A program made the translations under genes and the position numbers. Under the pieces are notes generated by a model. The model saw only the letters and a program-made list of their open reading frames with translations. It searched no databases and had not been told where the DNA came from. Shown here piece by piece: positions 44,046-53,334 of a DNA stretch of 64,000 nt. The stretch's first letter is position 1, and each line of letters opens with the position of its first letter. The stretch is from assembly GCA_028713125.1 (NCBI GenBank), contig JAQTOU010000001.1, forward strand, positions 78,273-142,272, in the 5' to 3' direction. This DNA comes from Elusimicrobiales bacterium. Its GTDB lineage: Bacteria; Elusimicrobiota; Elusimicrobia; Elusimicrobiales; UBA9959.

Positions 44046-44678
44046 TCAGGGCCGGGCCGGCTGGCTTTTATCCGCCTGTACCGCGAAGATCATCGAAAGC
44101 ACCGCCGTGAAGGCCTGCTTGGAGAACCGGTCGGTATCATAGCTGCCGTTCACGCCGTATTGGTCAAAGCTGAGGCTCATGCCCGGACCGCTCACATAGT
44201 AGGAGAAGTCGTCGAAGCGCTTGGAAACGCTGAAGTTGAGATAGCGGCTCTGTGCGCCCTGCGCGGGCACGCTGCCGGTTATGGTATAGGAGCCGGCGAA
44301 CTCGCGCATGTCCAGGTACGAGCCGTAGCCCGAGAGCTGCCAGTCGGCGTTGAAGACCTTCCGTATGCTGCCCATCTGCGTCTGGTTATCGACGCGGTTG
44401 AACATATCGTACTGGTCGCTGAAGACCTTTCGCACGCTTATATCCACATTAAGCTGGTAGTCGTTCGCTTCCACCGCTCCCCACGAAGGCTGGTTGCGTA
44501 TCTGCATGAAGACGTTCTGGTAGCCGCGGACTATTCCCGGGGCGGGCTGCGCCGGTTGCGGCGCCGGCACCGCCGAAACGTCCATAGCCTTTATGTCGGC
44601 CGCGCTTACCGGCCTGAGTTCCCCGGCGCTGACGCCGGCGGCCGAAAGCAGAAGCGCTAAATAAATAATAGTTCTCAT
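44046..44678 (-). CDS. Secreted hypothetical protein
   Basis: 210 aa. Signal peptide MRTIIYLALLLSAAGVSAG. GGGGAG RBS. No family recognised. Confidence 0.5.
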   Translation of the reverse strand: MRTIIYLALLLSAAGVSAGELRPVSAADIKAMDVSAVPAPQPAQPAPGIVRGYQNVFMQIRNQPSWGAVEANDYQLNVDISVRKVFSDQYDMFNRVDNQTQMGSIRKVFNADWQLSGYGSYLDMREFAGSYTITGSVPAQGAQSRYLNFSVSKRFDDFSYYVSGPGMSLSFDQYGVNGSYDTDRFSKQAFTAVLSMIFAVQADKSQPARP

Positions 44679-44832
44679 TTTTTCTCCCCTGTCCGCTGTT
44701 AACTATATTATATTCCCGAACGGCGCTGAGGAGCAAGTCTATTTACACAAGCCCGCCGTTTATCTTAAAATCATTCTTAGATCAGGCGGTCCCCGATCGC
44801 GGGACGCAGCCGGGCCAAGAGCAGCGGTTTAT

Positions 44833-44863
44833 CCGCGGGACTATAGTATCCCGCGGTTTTTTT
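44833..44863 (+). terminator. Intrinsic terminator inside the 5' leader of the P-type ATPase gene (attenuator candidate)
   Basis: An 8-bp stem ccgcggga/tcccgcgg (44833-44856, 8-nt loop) followed by T7 (44857-44863). It lies 22 nt upstream of the ATG at 44885. No plus-strand gene lies upstream. Confidence 0.6.
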
Positions 44864-44884
44864 GCGGAAAAAAACGGAGAAAAA

Positions 44885-47440
44885 ATGGCCGACATTAACG
44901 ATCTGCTCGCCTCGATACAGGGACTTTCCGAAAAGGAAGCCGCAGCCCGCCTCGAAGAGGAGGGCTATAACGAACTGCCCTCCCAGAAGAAGCAGACCAT
45001 TTTCGATATTATTATAAACGTCCTCAAGGAGCCCATGCTCCTGCTGCTCCTCGCCTGCGGAACTATCTACCTTATCCTTGGCGAAGCCAAAGACGCGATG
45101 ATGCTCATGACCTTCGTCCTGGTCGTGATCGGCATAACTTTCTACCAGGAGCGCAAGACCGAGAACGCGCTGGAGGCGCTGCGCGGCCTGGCCAGCCCCC
45201 GCGCGCTGGTGATACGCGGCGGGAAGCAGGCCAGGATCGCGGGCCGCGAGGTCGCCCGGGAGGACATTATTTACCTGCAGGAAGGCGACCGGGTCCCGGC
45301 CGACGGCGTAGTGCTGGCCTGCGTCAATTTCTCGGCCGACGAATCATTGCTTACCGGGGAATCGGCGGCGGTCCGCAAATCCTCCTGGGACGGGAAGACG
45401 GAGCAGGCCCGCCCCGGCGGGGACGACCTGCCTTTCGTATATTCAGGGACTCTTGTGGTGCAGGGCCGCGCGCTGATAAAGGCTACTGCCACGGGGCCGC
45501 GCTCGGAGATGGGCAAGATAGGCAAGGCGCTGGAAGCTATAACGCAGGAGGAAACCCCTCTCAACAAGGAAACCGGCAGGATAGTAAAAAGCTTCGCCAT
45601 AGCTGGCGCCGTACTCTGCGCCGTGGTGATAGTGGTGTTCGGCCTCACGCGCGACAGCTGGCTTAACGGCTTCCTGGCCGGACTGACGCTCAGCATGGCC
45701 ATGCTTCCCGAAGAATTCCCGGTGGTGCTGGTGATCTTCCTTACCATAGGCGCCTGGCGCATCTCTAAGAAGAACGTGCTCACCCGCCGCATGCAGGCCA
45801 TAGAGACCATGGGCGCCACGACCGTGCTCTGCACCGATAAGACCGGCACGCTGACGCTCAACACAATGCGCCTCTGCGAGATCTGGGCTGAAGGGCGGTT
45901 CCACAGGATAGAGGAAAAAGATTCGACCATCCCCGACGAGTTCCATGACCTGACGGAATATTCCATCCTGGCCAGCCAGGAGGACCCTTTCGATCCCATA
46001 GAGAAGGAATTGAAGCGCGTGGGGGGCTGCTGCCTGGCCGGGACCGAGCATTTGCACGGCAATTGGAAAGTAGTGCGCGAGTATCCGCTGTCGAAGGAAC
46101 TTCTCTCCCTTTCTCACGTCTGGGAAGCCCCGGACCACAAGCACTATATAATAGCCGCCAAGGGCGCTCCAGAAGCCATCATAGACCTCTGCCACCTGCC
46201 CGCGGATAAAGCCGGGGAGGTCATGAAGGCGGTCCTGGAGCTTTCCGGCCGCGGCCTGCGGGTTCTGGGCGTCGCCAGGGCGAAATTCGAAAAGCAGGAC
46301 CTCCCGGACGGACAGCACGATTTTAATTTCGAATTCGCGGGGCTGGTCGGCTTTATGGACCCCGTACGCCCGCAGGTCCCCCACTCGGTGCGCGAAGCCC
46401 ATAATGCAGGGATAAGGGTGGTGATGATAACCGGCGATTATCCCGGCACCGCCTCCTTCATCGCCCGGCAGATAGGCCTGAAGAATCCGGACAGCCCCAT
46501 CACCGGGCCCGAGCTTGCGGCCATGGCGCCTGAAGTCCTGAAGGAGCGGATAAAGGAAACGTGCGTTTTCGCCCGCGTCGTGCCGGAGCAGAAGCTGGCC
46601 ATCGTGAACGCTTTAAAGGCCAACGGCGAGATAGTGGCGATGACCGGCGACGGGGTTAACGACGCCCCCGCCCTTAAAGCCGCTCATATCGGCATAGCGA
46701 TGGGCGAGCGCGGCACCGACGTGGCCCGCGAGGCCTCGGCCATAGTCCTTATGGACGACGACTTCTCCAGCATCGTGCACGCTATACGCCTGGGCAGGCG
46801 GATCTTCGATAACCTGAGGAAAGCTATCGCCTATATACTTTCCGTGCACGTGCCGATAGCCGGCATGTCGCTGCTGCCGGTGCTGTTCGGGCTCCCTATC
46901 GTGCTGATGCCCGCGCACATAGCGTTCCTCGAGCTGATAATAGACCCGGCCTGCTCCGTGGTCTTCGAGGCTGAAAGCGAGGAGAGCGACATAATGAACC
47001 GCCCCCCCCGCCGGATGGGCGAGCCGCTGTTCTCCCGGAATATGGTGATCTTGAGCCTGCTGCAGGGATTGAGCGTGCTCGCTATGGTCTTCGCTATCTT
47101 TATGATAGCGCTGAGTATCGGAAAGGGCGCCGACGAGGCCAGGGCGCTTTCGTTCACCGCGCTGGTCTTCGCCAATGTGCTCCTGATACTGACGAACCTG
47201 TCCTGGAGGGATAATTTCCTCAGGATAATGAGGAAGGCGCACGCTACTTTCTGGTGGGTTTCGGCCGGGGCGCTGGCGGTGCTCTTCCTGGCTCTCTACC
47301 TGCCTTTCTTCCGCGGGGTATTCCGCTTCGGGATCCTGCACCCCGACGACCTGGCACTGGCTTTCTTCGGCGGGGCCGCCAGCCTGCTCTGGTTCGAGCT
47401 GCTGAAGATCTTCAAGTTCGGCAGGTCCGCGAAGGCCTGA
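44885..47440 (+). CDS. Cation-transporting P-type ATPase (type II, Ca2+-ATPase-like)
   Basis: 851 aa. Phosphorylation site CTDKTGTLT, MITGDYPGTA, and hinge TGDGVNDAPALKAAHIGIAMG. Confidence 0.9.
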   Translation: MADINDLLASIQGLSEKEAAARLEEEGYNELPSQKKQTIFDIIINVLKEPMLLLLLACGTIYLILGEAKDAMMLMTFVLVVIGITFYQERKTENALEALRGLASPRALVIRGGKQARIAGREVAREDIIYLQEGDRVPADGVVLACVNFSADESLLTGESAAVRKSSWDGKTEQARPGGDDLPFVYSGTLVVQGRALIKATATGPRSEMGKIGKALEAITQEETPLNKETGRIVKSFAIAGAVLCAVVIVVFGLTRDSWLNGFLAGLTLSMAMLPEEFPVVLVIFLTIGAWRISKKNVLTRRMQAIETMGATTVLCTDKTGTLTLNTMRLCEIWAEGRFHRIEEKDSTIPDEFHDLTEYSILASQEDPFDPIEKELKRVGGCCLAGTEHLHGNWKVVREYPLSKELLSLSHVWEAPDHKHYIIAAKGAPEAIIDLCHLPADKAGEVMKAVLELSGRGLRVLGVARAKFEKQDLPDGQHDFNFEFAGLVGFMDPVRPQVPHSVREAHNAGIRVVMITGDYPGTASFIARQIGLKNPDSPITGPELAAMAPEVLKERIKETCVFARVVPEQKLAIVNALKANGEIVAMTGDGVNDAPALKAAHIGIAMGERGTDVAREASAIVLMDDDFSSIVHAIRLGRRIFDNLRKAIAYILSVHVPIAGMSLLPVLFGLPIVLMPAHIAFLELIIDPACSVVFEAESEESDIMNRPPRRMGEPLFSRNMVILSLLQGLSVLAMVFAIFMIALSIGKGADEARALSFTALVFANVLLILTNLSWRDNFLRIMRKAHATFWWVSAGALAVLFLALYLPFFRGVFRFGILHPDDLALAFFGGAASLLWFELLKIFKFGRSAKA

Positions 47441-47450
47441 TCCGCTCCCG

Positions 47451-49088
47451 CTATGCCGCGCGGGGAAAATAAATTTTAAAGGTCGTTCCGCGCCCAGGCC
47501 CGGTTTCTATGTCTATGCCGCCCTTGGCCTGCAGGACTATCCCGTAAACTGTCGACAGTCCCAGGCCGCTTCCCTTCCCCTCTTCCTTCGTGGTAAAGAA
47601 AGGCTCGAAAATATGCGCCAGGTTCTCGGGGAGTATCCCGCTGCCGGTGTCGGTGACCGAAAGCGCTACATAATTTCCCGGCTCCGGGGTCAGCCGCATC
47701 CCGGTGCGTCCTTTCTCCACCGCTTCATTGGCCGTGCGGAGGATTATCTTTCCGCCGTCCGGCATAGCGTCGCGGGAGTTTACGACCAGGTTCATTATGA
47801 TCTGCGAGACCTGTCCCGGGTCGGACCTTATCCCGGCGATATCGGGCGAGAGAAGCGTCTCCAGGTGCATATTCGCGCCTATAATGCGCTTCAGCATCCT
47901 GCTGGTATCGGAGATAATAGTGTTCAGGTCCAGGACCTGCTCCTGCACCGGCTCCCTGCGGCTCATCGCGGTGAGCTGGCGCGTCAGCGCGGCGCCCCTT
48001 TCCGTTTCCGTTCTTATTTCCGCAAGGTCGGAGCGCATGGGTGAGTCCTTCGGCAGCGTTTTGATCAGCAGCTCCGCGCAGCCGCTTATCGAAACCAGGA
48101 TATTGTTGAAGTCGTGGGCGATCCCGCCGGCGAGCCGCCCGATGGCTTCCATCTTCTGCGACTGGAGGAGTTCCAGCATCAGGCTATTCCTGGATTTTTC
48201 CGATTCGGTGCGCTGCGCGATCTGGTCCCTCAGCTGGAGGTTGGCCTCGGTAAGCTCCGCTGTGCGTTCGCGGACCCTTTTTTCCAGGCCTTCGGTGAGA
48301 GAGCGGATCTGCTCCTGGTGCCGCCGTCGTACGGTTATGTCGCGGCACAGGGTGAGCATCTGCATGGCTCCTCCCCTGGTGACCACGGTGGAGTTGATCT
48401 CTATAGGCGTGATCTTCCCGGCGCCGTCGATATAGTCGATCTCAAGATTCCAGATATGGCCGTCTCTGGCGCATTGCGCCACGGCTTTCGCGTTCTTTTC
48501 CTTCTCATGGGGAGCGGTCCATTCCACTACGTTCCTGCCCAGTATTTCTTTCAGATCCTTGTGACCGCTCAGGCGCACGTACTCCCGGTTCGCGTCCAGC
48601 ACGTTCCCATACGCGTTAACGACCACGTAGCCGGTGCCTGTAGTTTCTACAAGGGCGCGGTAGAGCGACTCGCTTTCCCAGAGGGATTTTTCAGCCGCCG
48701 CGCGCTTCGTAACGTCCTCGAACATCACAAAAACCCTGCCGGCGGCGATGACGCCGAAAATATAGACCGTCTTAAGCGTCCCGTCCTTGCAGGTTACTTT
48801 GTACTCGCCGCCGTCTATCTCGCTTTTCCGGAGAAAAGCGTCCTGCACGTGGCCCATCCACCTGGCGGTCACCTCTTTGCGGTAATGTTCATTGGGGTAG
48901 GCCTGCACCCACCAGCGGTCCATGTTAGGGATATCCGAGTGCGCGTAGCCGAAGGTTTCTACGGCCTTCCGGTTTATATATTCTATAGTCCCGTCCATCG
49001 CCACTATGGCCATGGACATCGGGGCGCTGTCTATTATCTGGCGCAGCGTGGTTCCGCTGTCGTAGGAATCGTTTTTTTTGTCTGTCAT
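47451..49088 (-). CDS. Cytoplasmic PAS-PAS histidine kinase
   Basis: 545 aa from the ATG at 49088 (GGGAGGGG RBS). H-box GGIAHDFNNIL. HATPase motifs NLVVNSRDAM, DTGSGI and GSGLGLSTVYGIV. Confidence 0.85.
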   Translation of the reverse strand: MTDKKNDSYDSGTTLRQIIDSAPMSMAIVAMDGTIEYINRKAVETFGYAHSDIPNMDRWWVQAYPNEHYRKEVTARWMGHVQDAFLRKSEIDGGEYKVTCKDGTLKTVYIFGVIAAGRVFVMFEDVTKRAAAEKSLWESESLYRALVETTGTGYVVVNAYGNVLDANREYVRLSGHKDLKEILGRNVVEWTAPHEKEKNAKAVAQCARDGHIWNLEIDYIDGAGKITPIEINSTVVTRGGAMQMLTLCRDITVRRRHQEQIRSLTEGLEKRVRERTAELTEANLQLRDQIAQRTESEKSRNSLMLELLQSQKMEAIGRLAGGIAHDFNNILVSISGCAELLIKTLPKDSPMRSDLAEIRTETERGAALTRQLTAMSRREPVQEQVLDLNTIISDTSRMLKRIIGANMHLETLLSPDIAGIRSDPGQVSQIIMNLVVNSRDAMPDGGKIILRTANEAVEKGRTGMRLTPEPGNYVALSVTDTGSGILPENLAHIFEPFFTTKEEGKGSGLGLSTVYGIVLQAKGGIDIETGPGRGTTFKIYFPRAA

Positions 49089-49142
49089 GGGCCCCTCCCG
49101 GATAATATACAAAATCAAAAGAGGTTCCGTAACTGGGTAACT

Positions 49143-49169
49143 AAAAAAGCCCCGCCATACTGGCGGGGC
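49143..49169 (-). terminator. Intrinsic terminator after DEAD-box helicase 1
   Basis: An 8-bp stem gccccgcc/ggcggggc (49149-49169, loop atact). It is followed on the minus strand by T6 (the A-run at 49143-49148). Confidence 0.7.
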
Positions 49170-49189
49170 TTCTTTTTAGAACAGCAATT

Positions 49190-50956
49190 CTATTCGTGCT
49201 TGTAGTCTTCCTTTTTCTTCTTAAGGAAACGGGAGAACCAGCCCCCGGCGGCAGGCGGCTTGCCCTGGGCCGGGGAGTGAGTTTCCTGCCTCCCGCGGGC
49301 CGGCGGCCTGCGCCGGGGCTCGTCGGAGTCGAAATACGGAGAGGGGCTTACTATCCCGCCGCGTTTAGACGGGTCCACCCCGTAGCGGTTGGGCCCGGGG
49401 CGGGCGCCTGAAGGGCGCGGGCCGTAGCCGGGGCGCGCGTCGCGGCGCTGCGGGGGTCTTTCCTGCTGGTTGCCGGCGCTGCGGCCGTACGAGCCCTGGC
49501 GGGGCGGGCCCGACTGGCCGCGCCTGGGGCCGCCGGCCGGCGGGCGCGAAGGCCCTCGGCTGAAATTCCCCCGCGCCGGCGGCCGCCGGGACGGAGCCTG
49601 CGGCTCTACCGCGCGGTTATAATTCTTTTCGCCCGGCTCGGGCCGATGGGAGAACTGCTCTTCGCCGGACTGTACGGCCGGCTGCTGCCTGGGTTCGGGC
49701 CGGCTTTCCTGCGCGGGCCGCTCCTGGTATTCGCGGCGCGGGGCCGTCCTTGTTCCCGGGCGGCGCTTATCCCCCTGCTGACGCTGGCTGCCGTTGTGGC
49801 TGAAGCCGAAGCTGGCCGGCAGGATGTCGGGATGCACGGAGACGGGGAGCTGCATGCGCATCAGGCGCTCGATATTGCGGACGTCCCGGCCCTGGTCCGG
49901 CGCGGCGAAGGTGATGGCGCGGCCCGGCTGCCCCGCGCGGCCCGTGCGGCCTATGCGGTGGATATAGTTCTCGTCCTCGTCGGGCAGGTCATAATTTATT
50001 ACCAGCTCTATCCCGGTCACGTCTATCCCGCGGGCGGCGATATCGGTGGCCACCAAAATGCGGTATTTTCCCGCCTTGAAGCCTTCCAGCGCTTCGCGGC
50101 GCTGGGCCAGGGAGCGGTTTGAGTGGATCTCGGCGGCGCTGTGCTTCATGTCGCGCAGCTCCTTGGCCAGCTTCTTGGCGTTATGCTTGGTGCGCACGAA
50201 CATCAGCACGCTCCCCCAGTATTTGTCCAGGATCTTGGCGAGCAGGGGAAGTTTATCCCCGCGGCTGACGATAAAGAGCTCCTGGTCCACTTTCTCGGCT
50301 ACGGTGCCGGAGCGGGCGACCTCGATGCGGGTGGGCAGCTTCATGTGGGCGGCGGCCAGCTTCATTATTTCGTCGGGCATGGTGGCCGAGAAAAGCATGG
50401 TCTGGCGCTCTTTGGGGAGGGCCGCGATGATCCTGTTTATCTGGGGGGCGAAGCCCATGTCGAACATCCGGTCCGCCTCGTCGAGGACCAGGACGCGCAC
50501 GTCTGACATTATGACGTTGCGCTGTGTGATATGGTCGATCAGCCGGCCCGGGGTGGCGATTATAATGCGGGGGCGGCGGAACAGCTCCTGCCGCTGTCGG
50601 CCCAGGCTTTCCCCGCCTATGATCACCGCGGTCTGCATCCCCATCAGGGGGGCGAACTGCTTTACCACTTCGGCGACCTGCAGGGCGAGCTCGCGGGTCG
50701 GGACGAGGACGAGGCCTTTCCCCTCCTTGGCGGCGAGGCGCTGTATCATCGGGATGGCGAAGGCGATAGTCTTGCCTGTGCCGGTCTGGGCGATGCCCAC
50801 CATATCGTTCCCCTCGGAGGCGACGGGAATCGCCTTCTGCTGTATGGGAGTGGGGGTAGTGAACTTGAGTTTGTCTAGAGCTTCGAGCAATTTAGGGGCT
50901 ATCCCCAGGCCGTAGAAGCCGGCGGCTGGCGTTTGATTTATTTCGGTCATATACAA
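49190..50956 (-). CDS. DEAD-box RNA helicase with ~190-aa Arg/Gly/Pro-rich C-terminal tail
   Basis: 588 aa. Q-motif TPTPIQ, AQTGTGKT, VLDEADRMF, SAT and HRIGRTGRAG. The low-complexity tail (RRPPARG, GPRRGQSGPPRQG..) starts around residue 395. Confidence 0.9.
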   Translation of the reverse strand: MYMTEINQTPAAGFYGLGIAPKLLEALDKLKFTTPTPIQQKAIPVASEGNDMVGIAQTGTGKTIAFAIPMIQRLAAKEGKGLVLVPTRELALQVAEVVKQFAPLMGMQTAVIIGGESLGRQRQELFRRPRIIIATPGRLIDHITQRNVIMSDVRVLVLDEADRMFDMGFAPQINRIIAALPKERQTMLFSATMPDEIMKLAAAHMKLPTRIEVARSGTVAEKVDQELFIVSRGDKLPLLAKILDKYWGSVLMFVRTKHNAKKLAKELRDMKHSAAEIHSNRSLAQRREALEGFKAGKYRILVATDIAARGIDVTGIELVINYDLPDEDENYIHRIGRTGRAGQPGRAITFAAPDQGRDVRNIERLMRMQLPVSVHPDILPASFGFSHNGSQRQQGDKRRPGTRTAPRREYQERPAQESRPEPRQQPAVQSGEEQFSHRPEPGEKNYNRAVEPQAPSRRPPARGNFSRGPSRPPAGGPRRGQSGPPRQGSYGRSAGNQQERPPQRRDARPGYGPRPSGARPGPNRYGVDPSKRGGIVSPSPYFDSDEPRRRPPARGRQETHSPAQGKPPAAGGWFSRFLKKKKEDYKHE

Positions 50957-51001
50957 TTATCCCATATATAGGCTGGCGTGCACAGTAGTATAATTACTGA
51001 G

Positions 51002-51499
51002 ATGAGATTACTGCTTCTGACCCTTTTGTTCATTTCCCCCGGGATGACTCCCGCGCAGGATAAGGTGGAAAAGCGCCTTACCGGGGTGGAGAAGCGCGTT
51101 GCGAAAGTGGAGAAGCGCGTGACCCGCCTTGAAGGCGCGGCGGCGCAGCCGGCGGCCCCCGCGCCGCAGAAGGAGCCCGCCACCCCTATAGCGGTTTATT
51201 TCAAGGGTAAAAAACAGGTGGTCGGCAAATCGAAGCTGGGGATAAAGCTCTTTCTCGAATTTGAAAATCTTACCGCCCGCCGCCTTTACGCTTTCAACGG
51301 CAACCTGATCTTCAAGAACGAAGCCGGGGCGGTGATCTGGACCCGCCCCTACGCCCATAGCGAGCAGCTTGGGCCCGGAGAGACCGTCGAGGTCTCCATG
51401 GGGATACTGAGCGACCAGGCGAAAGAATACCTCAAGTTCGTGAAAGCGCGCTCCGTCTCCGTCTCGCTGGAGAAACAGGAAGCCTACGGCTCGGAATGA
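51002..51499 (+). CDS. Secreted hypothetical protein
   Basis: 165 aa from the ATG at 51002 (MRLLLLTLLFISPG). It contains a triple heptad VEKRLTG/VEKRVAK/VEKRVTR. No family recognised. Confidence 0.5.
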   Translation: MRLLLLTLLFISPGMTPAQDKVEKRLTGVEKRVAKVEKRVTRLEGAAAQPAAPAPQKEPATPIAVYFKGKKQVVGKSKLGIKLFLEFENLTARRLYAFNGNLIFKNEAGAVIWTRPYAHSEQLGPGETVEVSMGILSDQAKEYLKFVKARSVSVSLEKQEAYGSE

Positions 51500-51508
51500 C
51501 GGCCGGCG

Positions 51509-51976
51509 TCAGGGTTTGAGAACGGGGAATTTTTTAAACAGGGCCGGGGTTACTTTAAGGCGGTACCAGTGCATGGTGGCCGCGTTGCAATGGTGGTTGT
51601 GCGGGCAGACCTTCTCGAAACCGTAGCGCAGATGGCAGCAGATGGTGACCAGGTTGCCGTCTTCGCAAGCGTACCAGATCTCTTTGGCGCCCTGCTCGAT
51701 AGTATGGCGCAGGCGGGCTTCCGTAAGACGTTTGGCCAGCCCCATTTCGCGGAACTCCGGGTTCACTCTCAGCCCGTCCATCACCCAGCGGCCATTTTCA
51801 AAATAGACCACGCTGTGCCCGACTATCTCCTCGCCGGAGTAGGCGGCGAAATATGTATGCGCCTTCCTGCCAACTTTTTTTATGTCACAGCCGGAAAAGA
51901 AAGCCAGGAAGCGGGCCTTCCAGGCCGCGTCTTCATGCTCCACTTTACATACTGTTATCTCTTCCGGGGTTTTCAT
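51509..51976 (-). CDS. GNAT-family N-acetyltransferase
   Basis: 155 aa. Acetyl-CoA motif A region LRVNPEFREMGLAKRL. Confidence 0.7.
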   Translation of the reverse strand: MKTPEEITVCKVEHEDAAWKARFLAFFSGCDIKKVGRKAHTYFAAYSGEEIVGHSVVYFENGRWVMDGLRVNPEFREMGLAKRLTEARLRHTIEQGAKEIWYACEDGNLVTICCHLRYGFEKVCPHNHHCNAATMHWYRLKVTPALFKKFPVLKP

Positions 51977-52135
51977 CGCGACTATATTATACAGAAAAGC
52001 GAGCGGCCCGCCATCGGCCCAAGGCCCCAGGCCGGCCTGGGCCTAAAAACTTTACCGGCATGGGGCTAAAGCCCCTTATGAAAAAAACTTCAGGGCGCTA
52101 AACTATAACTATCCCAGCGTTGCCGGAGGTTTCGC

Positions 52136-53266
52136 GTGAGAAAGATAATTAATTCCCTGCTGCTGCTGCTGCTTGCGGCCCCTCCGGCTTTTTCTGCCGG
52201 GTCCGCCGGACTTGAAAACTTAACTTCGAGAACGCTGCCTTCCGCCGCGGCGCCAGCCGTGCCGTTCCCGCTCTACGCGGGGGACCGCGGCTATGACTGG
52301 AGCGGCCTTCCCGCCTATATTTTTACCGAGGAGGAGTCTCTGGCCAAGCCCCTGGTGGAGGCGATCGGCCGCACCAGGCGGACGCTGGACGTGGCGCTTT
52401 ACAATCTGCAGATAGACGGCGCGGTGGAGGCGCTGGTCAAAGCCAGGGACCGCGGCGTCAAGGTCCGCGTGCTCTTCGACGCCGCTCACGTCTATCCCCT
52501 GGCCGGCAAGCAGATCCAGTCGGTTATTGATTCCGGCATAGAGACCCGCGCAATGAACGGCCGCGGCGGCACCGGCGCGATGCACTGCAAATACGCCCTT
52601 TTCGACGGCACCCTGCTCCAGACCGGCTCCGCCAACTGGAGCGGGTTCGCCGAGACCTTCAGCTACGAGAACATAATGTTCACGGCGGACCAGGACATCG
52701 TGTCCGGCTATGGCAGGAACTTCGACTGGATGTGGGCGCAGGCGAGGCCGTCAGGCCAGCCGGAGGCCGCCGCGGCGAAGCCCTCCGCCCCCCCCTCCGA
52801 CCCTACTCCCGACGTTAACTTTAACGGGACGCTGCTGCCTGACTACGCTTTCTCGCCGCGCGGCGGTACCGAGGCCGCGATAGTGAAGGCCATCGACGCG
52901 GCCCGCTCCGAGGCCGACGTGGCCATGTTCACCTTCACCTCCGTCAATATCATGGAAGCTCTTAAGCGCGCGGCGGCCCGCGGCGTCAGGGTAAAATTGA
53001 TGCTTTTCATCGGCCAGAAATTCCCGTTCGCGCAGGAGGCTAAAGCCTCGCGCATGGAAATGCGCTTCAAGAACGGGCGCCTGGAGAAGGGACAGATGCA
53101 CAACAAGTTCGCGGTGCTCGACGGCCGCCTGCTGATAAACGGCTCTTTTAACTGGACCGTTACGGCTGAGACCAGCAATACGGAGAATACTATCTTTACC
53201 ACCGCGCCGGAATACGTAAGCCCGTATAAGGCCGAGTTCGAGAAGCTCTTTATGCAGAAGGACTGA
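52136..53266 (+). CDS. Secreted phospholipase D / nuclease-family protein (two HKD motifs)
   Basis: 376 aa. GTG start preceded by GGAGG. Signal peptide LLLLLLAAPPAFSA. HKD motifs HCKYALFDG..GSANWS and HNKFAVLDG..GSFNWT. Confidence 0.8.
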   Translation: MRKIINSLLLLLLAAPPAFSAGSAGLENLTSRTLPSAAAPAVPFPLYAGDRGYDWSGLPAYIFTEEESLAKPLVEAIGRTRRTLDVALYNLQIDGAVEALVKARDRGVKVRVLFDAAHVYPLAGKQIQSVIDSGIETRAMNGRGGTGAMHCKYALFDGTLLQTGSANWSGFAETFSYENIMFTADQDIVSGYGRNFDWMWAQARPSGQPEAAAAKPSAPPSDPTPDVNFNGTLLPDYAFSPRGGTEAAIVKAIDAARSEADVAMFTFTSVNIMEALKRAAARGVRVKLMLFIGQKFPFAQEAKASRMEMRFKNGRLEKGQMHNKFAVLDGRLLINGSFNWTVTAETSNTENTIFTTAPEYVSPYKAEFEKLFMQKD

Positions 53267-53279
53267 GCCGCGCCGGCGC

Positions 53280-53316
53280 AAAAAAGAAGGGCCGCCCTCA
53301 GAGGCGGCCCTTTCTT
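53280..53316. terminator. Bidirectional intrinsic terminator
   Basis: An 8-bp stem gggccgcc/ggcggccc (53289-53310). It is flanked by A6 and tttctt, between the convergent PLD and helicase 2 genes. Confidence 0.7.
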
Positions 53317-53334
53317 ATCCCAGGCTTCAGGATC

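Noticed and set aside
45271-49205. ORFs 45271..46062 (-), 45443..46402 (-), 46613..47341 (-) and 48114..49205 (+), antisense to the P-type ATPase and the PAS kinase.
   Set aside because: The sense strands carry the DKTGT/TGDGVNDAPAL and HisKA/HATPase motifs. The antisense products have none.
49190-49760. A GC-rich repetitive-looking stretch at the 3' end of helicase 1, considered as a possible tandem repeat or array.
   Set aside because: No exact periodic nucleotide repeat is present. It is in frame with the helicase and encodes an Arg/Gly/Pro low-complexity tail.
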